A stretch of DNA of 64,000 nucleotides from Epithemia pelagica (Eukaryota; Protista; Bacillariophyta), in the NCBI GenBank assembly GCA_946965045.2, contig OX337240.1:2356001-2420000 (forward strand), read 5' to 3'. Both the position numbers and the translations under genes were made by a program. The first letter of the stretch is position 1. Every line of letters begins with the position of its first letter. This document shows, in pieces, positions 1-10,854 of the stretch. The notes under the pieces were generated by a model. It did no database searches. It had not been told where the DNA came from and worked only from the letters and a program-made list of their open reading frames with translations.

Positions 1-149
1 TAATCGGATTATTGTTGAATTGGTGTGTTATACAAAGAGATAGAATTGAACCTTTAGCAGTGGCAAGAATATGCTCCATGCATACACACACTGTGACATG
101 TATGTGTTTCCATGTCACTCTCTCAATCCCATCGTTCCCATCCCGTCAT

Positions 150-1205
150 TCACTGTGCTGGCAATACGAGATTTCCATTGGCTGGTACTTTACCCGTTCC
201 GGCCCATGTTTGCAACCACAATCCAATCGTCGCCAAGGCCTCACTGGATCGCAACAGGACATGGGATTTGGATTGGGGATTGTGTGCCAAATGGACCAAC
301 GTGGCAACGGCATTCTTCGTATTCGTAATGGCCACAACCGCGCCAGGTTCCGTCGTTAAATTGTGCAGGGTCGACACAGCGGTTTCCTTTTCCTCGTCTT
401 GGACAGGCATCGCACAGGCTGTGATGAACACCAAGACCCGTTCGGTGGCGAGTTTTAACTTGCTCTTGGGATCAGTGGAAAGATTTCGCAAGCATCGTAG
501 CGCCGCGAAACCATCTTGTAGAATCTGTGAAGCCTCGCCGAGCTCCATGAGACTGGGAACCAATCCCTGGAAGTCGGCCAAAATGGTATTGTTGGCAGGA
601 AATCGAGAAAGTTCAACAGAATCTCCAGACATTTGGTATGAATTGGATTCGTCCTTTCATTCGCGACCACAACACATTATGCAACGCAAAGTTGTTTGCA
701 CAGAGACGGTCCTGCTTTGTCAATTAAAAACGAAACAAGAACACACCTGAGATGCGCTGGTTTATACGAGGCAACAAGCAACATCGATCCCATCTGACTT
801 ACCGCGGTGGGGCAATGCTTGGAGAGATGCAAAAAGACAGCACATGAATTGGAACGAGCTCGTTCATAGAACTCGTGGCTCTTCTCCTTGTTGATTTTCC
901 GTCACGATGGATCTGCTTTGCCACGGGACTTTGACTTGGTCGACTTGACGGATTTACTCATGTCATCCTCGTCGTCATAGTAGGAGTTCTAGCGATCCCA
1001 TGAACGAAGAGGGTGCAAAAGGACCAAGAGGGAGCAAAGGACGAAGAAATGGAGGGCGTTCTAATGCTTCTATTGCCGACTGACCGTCACGGACGCGAAT
1101 ATAAATATTCTTGACAGAAACGGTGAACCATCCAACCCGTGCCAAGTTCTTGGCATACACAAGGGGCCATGTATCGAGTGAGGTGAAGAGACCGCCAATC
1201 GTCAT
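150..1205 (-). pseudogene. Armadillo/ARM-repeat protein gene, apparently disrupted
   Basis: ORF 150..632 has helical ARM-like repeats (ALRCLRNLS, AVSTLHNLT, AVATLVHLA). An upstream exon ends at a GTAAGT donor near 801 but has an in-frame TGA at 902-904 (DPS*RKIN), and the frame is broken again near 980. Confidence 0.45.
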
Positions 1206-1509
1206 GCTTTCGCCGATACGCCCCGTTTGCTCGTTTCCAATTCGCGTCGATAATACAAGGAAAACAGATGTTGTTCAATCAAACCCTTGTCTAACAATTG
1301 TTTGGGAAGTGTGACTTGATGATCCGACATACCCACATCTAAAGCCACATCTATTGTTCGTTTTTTGATATGACGTCGAGGCATGATCGGAGGAACATAA
1401 ACATTTTGCGATTGAAACAATTTTGAACCTTCCACTTCGTCTTGACTTCGGTTTCTGTCGAACTGCAAGTGTTGATGTCCTGAAATGTTGAGATAAAAGG
1501 TGGGACAAA

Positions 1510-3273
1510 TCAAAGGTTCTCGACGCCCAGAACACTTTTGATCGCCGTATGCCAGTCGTCATTCTTGGGAGAGGCAATGAAGATTCGTGTGTTCATCCAC
1601 ATTGTGGCAACATTCGCGGCCGGCATTAGGACATTGTTCTTGCTGTCCACAATCGGACTGCTGGTGTCTTCGCCCTTTGCCAGATACTTGTCTCGGTGAC
1701 GGCGTTCGTACGTGCTTTTGCACGCAGGATTCACAAACAGAATATTGAGTGTAGCTTCAAGCGGCAGATTTAATTTTTCCCGAAAGGATCGCAAAGTCCG
1801 GAGCTTGAAGGCATGAGATTGCTGCCATGTGGTCTGAAAGGCCCAGTATTCTTCGTTAATTACTAACACACAGTCGGCAAGAGGAAAGCTCAAGTCGCGG
1901 GGATAATTGACCATTTTCTCATGAAAGTTGTCTCGACTGATCTCTCGCTTGGTGTGTCCTAGGGTCTTCATTTCCGTGTCGGGTTCGCCATTTACACCTT
2001 TATACTGCCATATGACCTTCCCTGGCCCGGCCGCCAACATTTGAACAACAGATTCTTCCAGGTCCTTACCAGTATGATCTTTTGCCTCCCTCTTGAGGAC
2101 CTTTGCCAGCATCTTGAGATGTTCTTCAAAGGGAGTAAAGCTCATCACGTTCATTATTTTCTGCCGCACGTAGCGGCTCGTGAGGGTGAGGCCAGGCGAC
2201 CTGAAAGCCCGATCACCTTCCCACGAAATGTTGCTATAGGACAAAACGAATCCACTTATGTTTTCCTCCCAATTGGTAGTCGGATCATCGTCAATATCCA
2301 CCGTCATCGAACGTAACATATCAGCAGTAACTGCATTGCATCGTGTTTCCATTTTTTTCCGAAATTTGTCCCGATCTTCCTCTGTGGGGACCAGAGTATG
2401 TAAGAAAATCCCGCCAAATAGCTCAAAATTAGTTTCCAAAAAGTCCAAGTCCATCTTCTCTTCCTCGGCAATACACTCTAGTTCGCTGTATTCGGCGACA
2501 GGAGCATACAAGAAACGTAGTTCTTGCTTGCTGTATTCCTTGATCCGTTTCTTTCGTGGTGAAAGCGAGGCCAAACTTGGGGCTTCCGAAACCATGGGGG
2601 GCTGGTCAGTGAACTCCGAAGGTTCATAGAGGTAAAGAATATTACCATGATCACTAAGTAGAGTCTTGATTTCTCTGTCCGGACCAGTCAAAATGTATCC
2701 AGACGCAGCGTCCAGGTCCATGAGATAGAAATCTTTCCCCTCGTGACGGATAACAAACCGGTAAGGGCGATTCGACGACGATTCCACCAAAAGGCGACGC
2801 AGAATGAAGACCTGAAACCAAGATTTTCCAACCCCAGCATTACCTGTTAGAACAACCTTCTTTTCATTGTCATTTTTCCATATCTTCACCAAAACACTGT
2901 ACAAATAGTCGAAACACTCTCGCTCAAAGTAAAGATTTGAAGCTCTCCTCCGGAGATTGAGCACCTTTTTATCTGGGTAGTTCTCCAGCGAGAAGAGCGT
3001 GAGGCCACAGGCCCTCGCCTTGGGGGGTTGTGGATGCTTGGGCTCCAATTCCTTGAGGAACCCCAATTCACGCGTCAGCTTCCCAGAACGCTCCAACTGG
3101 AGACGACCCAACGCCTCTTTCACGTTTTCCGGGAAGAGGCATGTCTCTGGGGAAATCAACACCGAGCGCAACTGTGCACAACCATCAACATCGACATCCA
3201 TGGCAACAACGACAGGCTCAACGGAGAGAAAGACAAAATAAAGAATGCGAAGGTTGGTTCCGGTCCCAGTCAA
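1510..3273 (-). CDS. Crinkler (CRN)/RHS-like protein: P-loop NTPase plus C-terminal restriction-endonuclease-like domain
   Basis: Uninterrupted 587-aa ORF; likely ATG at 3201 (MDVDVDG). Motifs: YFERECFDYL, Walker A VLTGNAGVGKS, SLSPRKKRIKEY, FLYAPVAEYSEL, FELFGG, and C-terminal YPRDLSFPLADC...AFQTTWQQSH typical of CR NTPase+REase proteins. Confidence 0.75.
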   Translation of the reverse strand: MTGTGTNLRILYFVFLSVEPVVVAMDVDVDGCAQLRSVLISPETCLFPENVKEALGRLQLERSGKLTRELGFLKELEPKHPQPPKARACGLTLFSLENYPDKKVLNLRRRASNLYFERECFDYLYSVLVKIWKNDNEKKVVLTGNAGVGKSWFQVFILRRLLVESSSNRPYRFVIRHEGKDFYLMDLDAASGYILTGPDREIKTLLSDHGNILYLYEPSEFTDQPPMVSEAPSLASLSPRKKRIKEYSKQELRFLYAPVAEYSELECIAEEEKMDLDFLETNFELFGGIFLHTLVPTEEDRDKFRKKMETRCNAVTADMLRSMTVDIDDDPTTNWEENISGFVLSYSNISWEGDRAFRSPGLTLTSRYVRQKIMNVMSFTPFEEHLKMLAKVLKREAKDHTGKDLEESVVQMLAAGPGKVIWQYKGVNGEPDTEMKTLGHTKREISRDNFHEKMVNYPRDLSFPLADCVLVINEEYWAFQTTWQQSHAFKLRTLRSFREKLNLPLEATLNILFVNPACKSTYERRHRDKYLAKGEDTSSPIVDSKNNVLMPAANVATMWMNTRIFIASPKNDDWHTAIKSVLGVENL

Positions 3274-3390
3274 AAGGACACGCTAACGTCACGTCAATTC
3301 CCACCTGTGTCCGGCTTTCGCGTCGGGCTCGCCTTGTGGGGTGGGCGCCAGCCCGACGCCCCGACGAGGCGGTTTTTTCCCTCCGACGAC

Positions 3391-3444
3391 CTAGGTGTCC
3401 GCTTCTTAGCCGTCCGGCCGTTCTCCGCGACCAATCATTTTTAT
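3391..3444 (+). repeat. 54-bp transposon terminus fragment, direct copy of 5196..5249
   Basis: ctaggtgtccgcttcttagccgtccggccg(t/c)tctccgcgaccaatcatttttat occurs at 3391 and 5196 with one mismatch; both copies have ccctccga just upstream. Confidence 0.85.
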
Positions 3445-3452
3445 GGCACCGA

Positions 3453-4301
3453 CTAGTGTCTATTCTACCCCGGTTTGTCCTCATATGAGGACAGCGCTTG
3501 TCCTCATATGAGGACAATCCTACAATAATCATATCTACGTAGACCACAGTAGCTTTTGTACGAAGCTATCGACAAAAAATGTAACCCAACCATGGGAATC
3601 TGCCGTTCTACCAAAAAAATGAACAACTAAAATAGAAAAGTAATAGACCACAATCAACCATTATGTTCTATGTTTATGTGGCAAGATACTATGTGTGTTG
3701 GAAAATGCATCCATCCAGTTTATGTAGGGCAAATCCAACCATTTTGTCGAGGGAGTTCAACTGTCTTCACATACATTGGCGGATTTGAGTCTCCCACTGC
3801 ACTTTCCTGGTTCCCTGAAGGTGTCTGTGCTTCCTGTACATGAACTGTTGGGGTACAGGAGGCTCAGACGCCGCATTTGACCCTGTATTGGTGTCGAATG
3901 CTGTTACGGTCTCAGAATTTTCCTCTGTGGTGATGGAGGCTTGTTTTGGCTGAATTCTCTCAATCTGATGCCTCAATCAGGCAAAGGACAACTGGTCATC
4001 ATCGCTAGGGATAATAACACTCATCAGGTTGATTGTCTTCTGTTTTATCCCCTCCAAACACTCAGTTTAGAAAATCACCATCGCTCCAACATGGATGAAT
4101 TCTGTTTTTGATACTGTATCGTCACTACTCATCACAATTAAAGGATGAGAATATCGTGGGGTACGTTTTCAAGTATGGAGATTACGAATCTGAACTTAAA
4201 AACCACTTAGGAGTACATGATTGATTTGATATTCTTCTTTTGAAAGTGTACTCATATGAGGATTTGTCCTCATATGAGTACAGGGGTAGAATAGACACTA
4301 G
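3453..4301. mobile_element. MITE-like non-autonomous TIR element (~850 bp)
   Basis: Perfect 19-bp inverted ends CTAGTGTCTATTCTACCCC (3453-3471) and GGGGTAGAATAGACACTAG (4283-4301). Subterminal palindromes TGTCCTCATATGAGGACA at 3476 and 3499, with related CTCATATGAG copies at 4251-4280. No long ORF. The target site could be TA or CTAG. Confidence 0.85.
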
Positions 4302-6322
4302 GTGTCCGCCTTTTAGTGGTCTGCCTGTCAACTCTTTCATGGTCTGTCCTGCTCACCAAAAACTCCTTCCCCGCCAGAAAAAAATAATGATCACATCCGG
4401 CTGGAAAGGCTGGCGTGATTTGGCAGTTGGAAGATGGCTGGCGTTCTGCTCAACAAGACTCAAACTGTTCCTGTTCGTTCAGGAGAGTCATAAAATCAAT
4501 GCCGCAACAAAATGAGACCAAACCAAACCCCAAAACGGCCTCATGCTTCGTTACTGAGCTCTGAGCATGTCATCTTTGTCCGCATGGTAAGTTCCGGACG
4601 GCCTAATCCCTGCAGTGTAATGGACCATGGTTTGGGTTACGTTCTCACTTCTTTGCCACACTTTCAAGTGTTTGTGCCGTTCAACATCCATTTTTGGTCC
4701 ATTCAATGGGCGGCAGCTAAAATCAAATGTAGGATTCTTCTAACATGTCATTCGTAGGAGTAGAATTTTAAACCTCTGTGAGGTAAGATTAGTGGAGCAA
4801 ACCATCCCTATCTCATCTGTTGCTCAGTTTGAGTCTTTAGTGTCTTGTGTTGTCGACTTGCTCCTCTTGGTGGTTTTTTTTTCAGGAGTATCCCCTGTGT
4901 TTGTTACTAGCATGTGGGACTCTGCATTCTGCATGCTCCATGACACAAGCAGGAAGAGCGTCATTGTTAAACAGGTAGTAGTAGGAGTAGGTCAAGCTCA
5001 TTTGCTTGCAAAGAGACAAGCCTACGGCATAGACAAACAAGGTGTGCAGGATTGGAATTTGGAGTGAAGACGACCCAAGACCAACGGTCAAAGCGCACGT
5101 CTGCTCAAAAGATTTCGAAAGGGTGATCCAGAAGGCCGGCGTGATCATTTTCATTTTGACCAGAAATTTTGTTCATAAGCAAAAAAACCCTCCGACTAGG
5201 TGTCCGCTTCTTAGCCGTCCGGCCGCTCTCCGCGACCAATCATTTTTATTTTCGTTTTTTTTCGTTTATGAAGAAAATTTCTGGTCAAAATGAAAATGAT
5301 CACGCCGGCCTTCTGGATCATCCTTTCGAATTCTTGTGAGAAGCCGTGCGCGCTTTGACCGTTGGTCTTCCCTTTTCCCTTTCATTCCAAAACTCCTCAC
5401 AAATTTTGTCACTTCGTCTTTTCTCTTTTAGGTGTTTGTCATGGACATGCACCATGAACATGCATTCTGCATCATTTGCGTATCACTGACATTCGACATG
5501 CAAAGACCATAGATAGTGTTTGGCTGTGTTCCCTTCCCTCCTTTTTCTAGTGTTCTTTGTTCTCGTGTAGTTCTCGGTTTAAAAGCACACCTTCATCCAC
5601 ATCCGCACACCTCGTTTGTCTATGCCGTAGGCTTGTCTCTTTGCAAGCAAATGAGCTTGACCTACTACCACCTCTTTTAGAATGAATCTCTTCCTGCTTG
5701 TGTCATGGAGTATGCAGAGTCCCACATGCTGCTGAGAAACACATGAGATACTCCTGGCAAAAAAACGACCAAGAGGCGCAAGTCGACAACACAAGACACT
5801 AAAGACTCAAACTGAGCAACAGGCGAGAAAGGAATGGTTCCACTAATCCTATCTTACTGAGGTTGAAAATTCTACTCCTACGAATGACATGTTAGAAGAA
5901 TCCTACATTTGATTTTAGCTGCCGCCCATTGAATGGACCAAAAATGGATGTTGAACGGCACAAACACTTGAAAGTGTGGCAAAGAAGTGAGAACGTAACC
6001 CAAACCATGGTCCATTACACTGCAGAGATAAGGAATTCCGGAACTTACCATGCTGACAAAGATGACATGCTCAGTGCTCAGTAACGAAGCATGAGGCCGT
6101 TTTGGGGGTTGGTTTGGTCTCATTTTGTTGCGGCGTTGATTTTATGAAATCTGACCGAACAGGAATATTTTGAGTCTTGTTGAGCAGAACGCCAGCGTCT
6201 GCCAACTGCCAAATCACGCCAGCCTTTCCAGCTGGATGTGACCATTTTTTTCTGGCGCAGAAGGAGTTTTTGGTGAGCAGGACAGACCATGAAAGAGTTG
6301 ACGGGCAGACCACTACAAGGCG
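4302..6322. mobile_element. Two copies of a ~0.9-1.1 kb non-autonomous TIR element joined in inverted orientation (foldback/palindrome)
   Basis: 4308-~5050 is the reverse complement of ~5590-6322 (the mirror ORFs 4512..4757+ and 5878..6123- are nearly identical). 5070-5180 is the reverse complement of ~5268-5370. Termini begin (CTA)GGTGTCCGC at 4298 and 5196. Confidence 0.8.
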
Positions 6323-6356
6323 TTTCTCCTCGTAAAAAAGTCGAGCCTCGTTCCCA

Positions 6357-7991
6357 TACCCCCTAGCGGAAGGGTGAGTCCTGGTCGTGAATGAGAGAGG
6401 GAGCATTCTGATACTCACCCCCAAGGCGCGATTCTCAAAATTGGCGATTTTCCGACTTTGACCCAAACTCACAACTACCACAACGCAAACACCACGAGGC
6501 CCATCTTGCTGTGGTTGTAGCAGCACCCATGGACCCTCCGAAGTCCACCCGCGTTGTTCATCCTGTCTCTACCAACCCAAGGGACACTCCTGGCGTGGAA
6601 ACCAACCGTTCCGACCCGCTGCTTCCATTTAGATCTCAGTACAACGACAATGCAATGGGAAGCAACAACAACCCGAACGAAAACCATCCATCCGACGCCA
6701 TTATGCACCCGCCCAATCCGACCCAAGTTGTCGACCCTATCCCTACCCACCTCATGGGCCGTCCTGGCGTTGAAACGAACTGCTCGGACACTTCTACGGC
6801 TTCAAACCACCACCACCAATACGTTACAAACACCAACAACCACGGAACAGATGGACCTGCTCCCAAATGTGATCTGGATCCATTTGCTTCCGTTCGAATG
6901 CCTCCCGTGGTCCCTACCCCTTATTATCGTACGTCTAGAGCACAAATGGTGGCCATTGTCATGGGACAAGCGAGTTCATCAACATTATGGACCATGCAGA
7001 TGAATCGACACTGTTGGGTGGCGACAAAGCATCAATCAAACAAAAGCACCTCAAAACCTATTTCCCCGAAACAATTGGTGTCCCAGTGCCAGTACTTGGT
7101 GAACCATTCTACAGAGTACTTGTCTTATTTGGTGTCCCAGTGAACCATTCTACATGCCAAGACTATTTCTCAACAAATTTCAACCTTTGTTCAGTCCTTT
7201 TGTCGACTGTGTGAGAACCTTGCAACCGGATTGTATGTAATGGCCCCAGAATTCCGTACCCCAATGGATAGCTCCGTCTCCAAACTTTGAATGAGTCCAC
7301 CTTCCGGGTTTTGAGCACATTGTTTGGTTGAATCCTTTACATTATTGAGCAAATCATGACACTGCCCTTCCGCATCCAAAAACGTTGTGTCTTCTCCATC
7401 GTCCAAGGACTCACAAACCTCATTGATGAAGGACAGCCATTGTCCAATAGCTGTGAGCACTGAAATGGTAGTATCCAGTAAGGAAACATGAGTGTGCAAC
7501 GTTATACTACGTCTGCAGTGTAATCTCCGTTGTGAAAACCACCATCCTCGTCTCTGCTAGAATTCATCTCAGGGTCATCGGGGAGGTTGGGAGAGGGTGC
7601 ATCGACTGGAGGGGAACGGTCATTGCCAGGGACGGAGGATGGAGCAGCAGCAGTGGGTTCGGACAAGGAGCCTTGATTTTCGGCGATAATGGTGCCATGG
7701 TTGGCGGCTTCAATACTGCTTGCTATGGACGTTGCTTTCGTCTCTGTGTCGCCATAACATTCTCTAACATCACGTTGGGACCAACGGTGTCGCTTGTGTG
7801 ACGAAGAAGACTAGGAGGACGACATGGTAGTCTGTTGCACCTCCACCCTCCGTGGTGGATGCAGTGAATGTGTGTAATGAAATTTTGGGTTTGGGTCAAA
7901 GTTGGATGAGCGAGATCGAGCCTTGGGGGTGAGTATGAGAATGCCACCTTGAATCACGATCAACCTGGACTCACCCTTCCGCTAGGGGGTA
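6357..7991. mobile_element. Non-autonomous TIR element with 10-bp TSD (Mutator/MULE-like, Pack-MULE-like)
   Basis: 25-bp perfect TIRs TACCCCCTAGCGGAAGGGTGAGTCC (6357-6381, reverse complement at 7967-7991), flanked by the direct repeat CTCGTTCCCA at 6347-6356 and 7992-8001. Interior holds convergent, partly decayed ORFs (6511..7143+, 7191..7499-, 7723..7947-). Confidence 0.9.
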
Positions 7992-8168
7992 CTCGTTCCC
8001 AGTTGTTTTGTATTTCGCGGAAATCTCGAGAGCTATAGAAGTAGCTCGAAAAAGGGGCAATACCAATAGTACCAATCAGAAGAGCGTCGCCCTAGAGAAG
8101 TTTCTAGTTGCTTTCCCGGAACAAAGCTTCCTGTTTCATCGTTTTCATTCTGTAGTAACTTTGTGGGC

Positions 8169-8300
8169 ATGAATGTTCTCCATCATGCGTTGGCTGCCAA
8201 ACAACCCAGTCTCGAAACCATTCAGGTCATTCTCGAAGCCTACCCTACCGCCTTGAAACGACGATACCGTATCCTTTCCTGTACGAGGAGTCGACCCTGA
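8169..8300 (+). pseudogene. Ankyrin-like gene fragment
   Basis: Reads MNVLHHALAAKQPSLETIQVILEAYPTALK, resembling diatom ankyrin-type helical repeats; short and truncated. Confidence 0.35.
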
Positions 8301-8670
8301 GAGGAGCATCACAATTTATATCAATTCCGAGGAATCAAAAACTCAAGCATCTAAAGCGGGAACATCAAGTATGTACAACATGTACATTCTCTAATTTTTA
8401 TTGTATCAGGGCAAAGTGTGCTCACAATCGTTACATAGACAAGGTATATGCAGGAGCGGATCGTCGCATGCCGAATGTTTGGTTCGACCGTAGGTACAGA
8501 GGACGGTGTACAAAGCAGTGGGTGGGAACCAGATTCAAAGTTGTGGGTGCTGATTTGTTTTTTCCATACATGGTAAATACATGCATTTCATTTTGTGCAA
8601 GTGTATGTACAGCAACCACACTTGTTGCTGGTCTTGTTGTTTGTTAGTTGGATCCTTGTCGTCGTCGTCG

Positions 8671-9909
8671 TCAACTTCCATATCCCGACGAATCTTGACC
8701 CACTTCCAGAGCGGATGCTTTTGCTGTAGAAGGCTCGTTGGTGGTAGTTGGAACGGTCGTCCATGTTGCATCGACACCACTGAAAGATTGTTGCTCCTCC
8801 TCGTCGTTCTCATAGGCTTGCTTGTACCATTCGACCGTTCTTCGAATGCCTTCTTCAAACGAAATGGAACTCTTGTAGCCCAACAAATGAGCAGCCTTGC
8901 CGACATCCGCACACGTGTACGGAACATCGCCTGGCTGATCGGGCAATACCTTGATTTGGGCATCCTTGCCAACATTGGACTGTACCAAGCCAATAAACTC
9001 CTTCAACGAGGTTCCACTGCCCTTGCCCAAATTGAAGATTTGATAGGGGTAGGGACGATCAATGGCTCGCACCACACCATTCACGATATCATCGATATAT
9101 GTGTAGTCACGACTACTGGATCCATCGCCAAATTGCTGAATCGTTTGACCTCGACTCACACGGTCAATAAACTTGAAGGGAGCCATGTCGGGTCGGCCGC
9201 GGGGACCATAGACAGTGAAGAATCGCAGCGCCGATACATTGAGTTTGTACAAGTGATGATAAGTGTACGCGAGTAATTCACAAGCCTTTTTGGAAGCGGC
9301 ATAGGGTGAGACAGGATTGTCCACCACCTCTTCTTCGGAAAACAGTGTCGACTTGGAGCCGCCATAGACGGAGGAAGAACTGGCAAAGACAAAGTTTTGA
9401 ATACCATACTTGGCCGACAACTCCATGAGACGCGTCGTTCCTTCAATATTGGAATGAATGTACACATAGGGGTCTTGAATGGATGGCCGTACACCGGCAC
9501 GAGCCGCCATGTGACACACCCATTGTGCTTGTTCCTCCTCAAAAATTGATGTCATGAGTTGAATATCACAAATATCACCCTTGAAGATCTTGAGTCTGTC
9601 ACTGCCATACTGTTGTTTCAAGAGGTGTAAGTTTTGCATTTTGATATTCACATCGTAGTAGTCATTCATTTCGTCCACGATGACAACATCATCACCTCGT
9701 TCAAGAAGGTAAGCAGCGACATGACTGCCAATGAAACCAGCACCACCAGTCACCAAGACTTTCTTATAGCCAGTGTGAGGCTCGACAGGTGTAAGACTTT
9801 CCCAAGAATTCCAGGATTCACTCTCCGAGTCGGATGTCGCGGTTGCCGTCGAAGCATCGGAAGAGAGGGTCGTCATGGTGCGATTTAGTTGCTCTTTGAG
9901 ATCAGACAT
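8671..9909 (-). CDS. GAE: UDP-glucuronate 4-epimerase (NAD-dependent epimerase/extended SDR), copy 1
   Basis: 412 aa; TGGAGFIGSH, HMAARAGVRPS, ASSSSVYG, YAASKK and FFTVYGPRGRPDMA, the signature of the GAE/CapI subfamily. Confidence 0.85.
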   Translation of the reverse strand: MSDLKEQLNRTMTTLSSDASTATATSDSESESWNSWESLTPVEPHTGYKKVLVTGGAGFIGSHVAAYLLERGDDVVIVDEMNDYYDVNIKMQNLHLLKQQYGSDRLKIFKGDICDIQLMTSIFEEEQAQWVCHMAARAGVRPSIQDPYVYIHSNIEGTTRLMELSAKYGIQNFVFASSSSVYGGSKSTLFSEEEVVDNPVSPYAASKKACELLAYTYHHLYKLNVSALRFFTVYGPRGRPDMAPFKFIDRVSRGQTIQQFGDGSSSRDYTYIDDIVNGVVRAIDRPYPYQIFNLGKGSGTSLKEFIGLVQSNVGKDAQIKVLPDQPGDVPYTCADVGKAAHLLGYKSSISFEEGIRRTVEWYKQAYENDEEEQQSFSGVDATWTTVPTTTNEPSTAKASALEVGQDSSGYGS

Positions 9910-10854
9910 GGTGGAGTTGAGGATGGTGATTGGAGATCCGTGAGAAATGTGCCAGTTTCAATTTTATGAGACAAACGATGGAAGGAAAAATCATGATCTT
10001 GGGGGAGATGAGTCGAACATCGAACACATTGATGTTGATGAGCCTGAGCAACATTGTGATTCATCCTTGGAGAATTGCGTTCGCTTTTTTGTGGGAATGG
10101 TTTGGAATTTCGTCAGACACGCATCTGAATCTGACAGATTTGGCCGATCATTGTGCGACTAAAGCAGTTCCCGAACTTCGTCGCGCGTATTGAAATACCT
10201 AGCTGAACGCAAGAATTGGCGCGCATGCGCACGATGCTCTGAGTCACTCTGTTTGTCCCGAACCTTTCGTCAGCGCATTCGAACGACCACGTGGTGTGCA
10301 TGATGAGGAGTAGTCAGTCGCGGGATGCTCCGAAAATGCCACGCGCCATGTCCGGAGTTCGAGCGAACGCGGAGTCAGTCACACGAACCTCTATCCGCGA
10401 TTGATTACGACTTCCCCCATGTTCTTACAACCCAGTGATACAGGAAGACTGCGACTTATATTAAACAAATACAAACATTATCGATCCTTAAACCGCTCGG
10501 AAATAACGAGCCCTTCCCCCACGTCAAAATGCGTCACATCCTGCTTCCGAATCCTAGTCAGCACCACGTGAAGCATGTTTGAGACTATACATTCATCAAT
10601 GACGTGATGGAACTGGGACAACTACGTACTTCGAGCCACAAAAGCATCAGATTCCATCCAAGAATCCAAACTGCGTTGGTTGCAGAGCGTGTTGTTCAAG
10701 AAAAACCATTCCGAGACGTTCCCACCACCACAGCAATCTTTTGGGTAGGCAAAGCACCTATATCATTGCATTGTGTTATTCCAAAACCAAAAAATCTTTG
10801 GTCTCCATTGATACTTTGTAAACGTTCCTACTTTTCAACGTCTTCTCCGACACC

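Noticed and set aside
4512-6123. Duplicated 81-aa ORFs as protein genes
   Set aside because: They only reflect the inverted repeat arms; no coding signature.
8581-9276. 231-aa plus-strand ORF and similar shadow ORFs over the GAE genes
   Set aside because: Antisense to well-supported genes; no motifs.
10190-10380. tRNA/SINE-like boxes (tagctgaacg ... gagttcga) between the GAE genes
   Set aside because: Box spacing (~150 nt) is too long and no cloverleaf could be folded.
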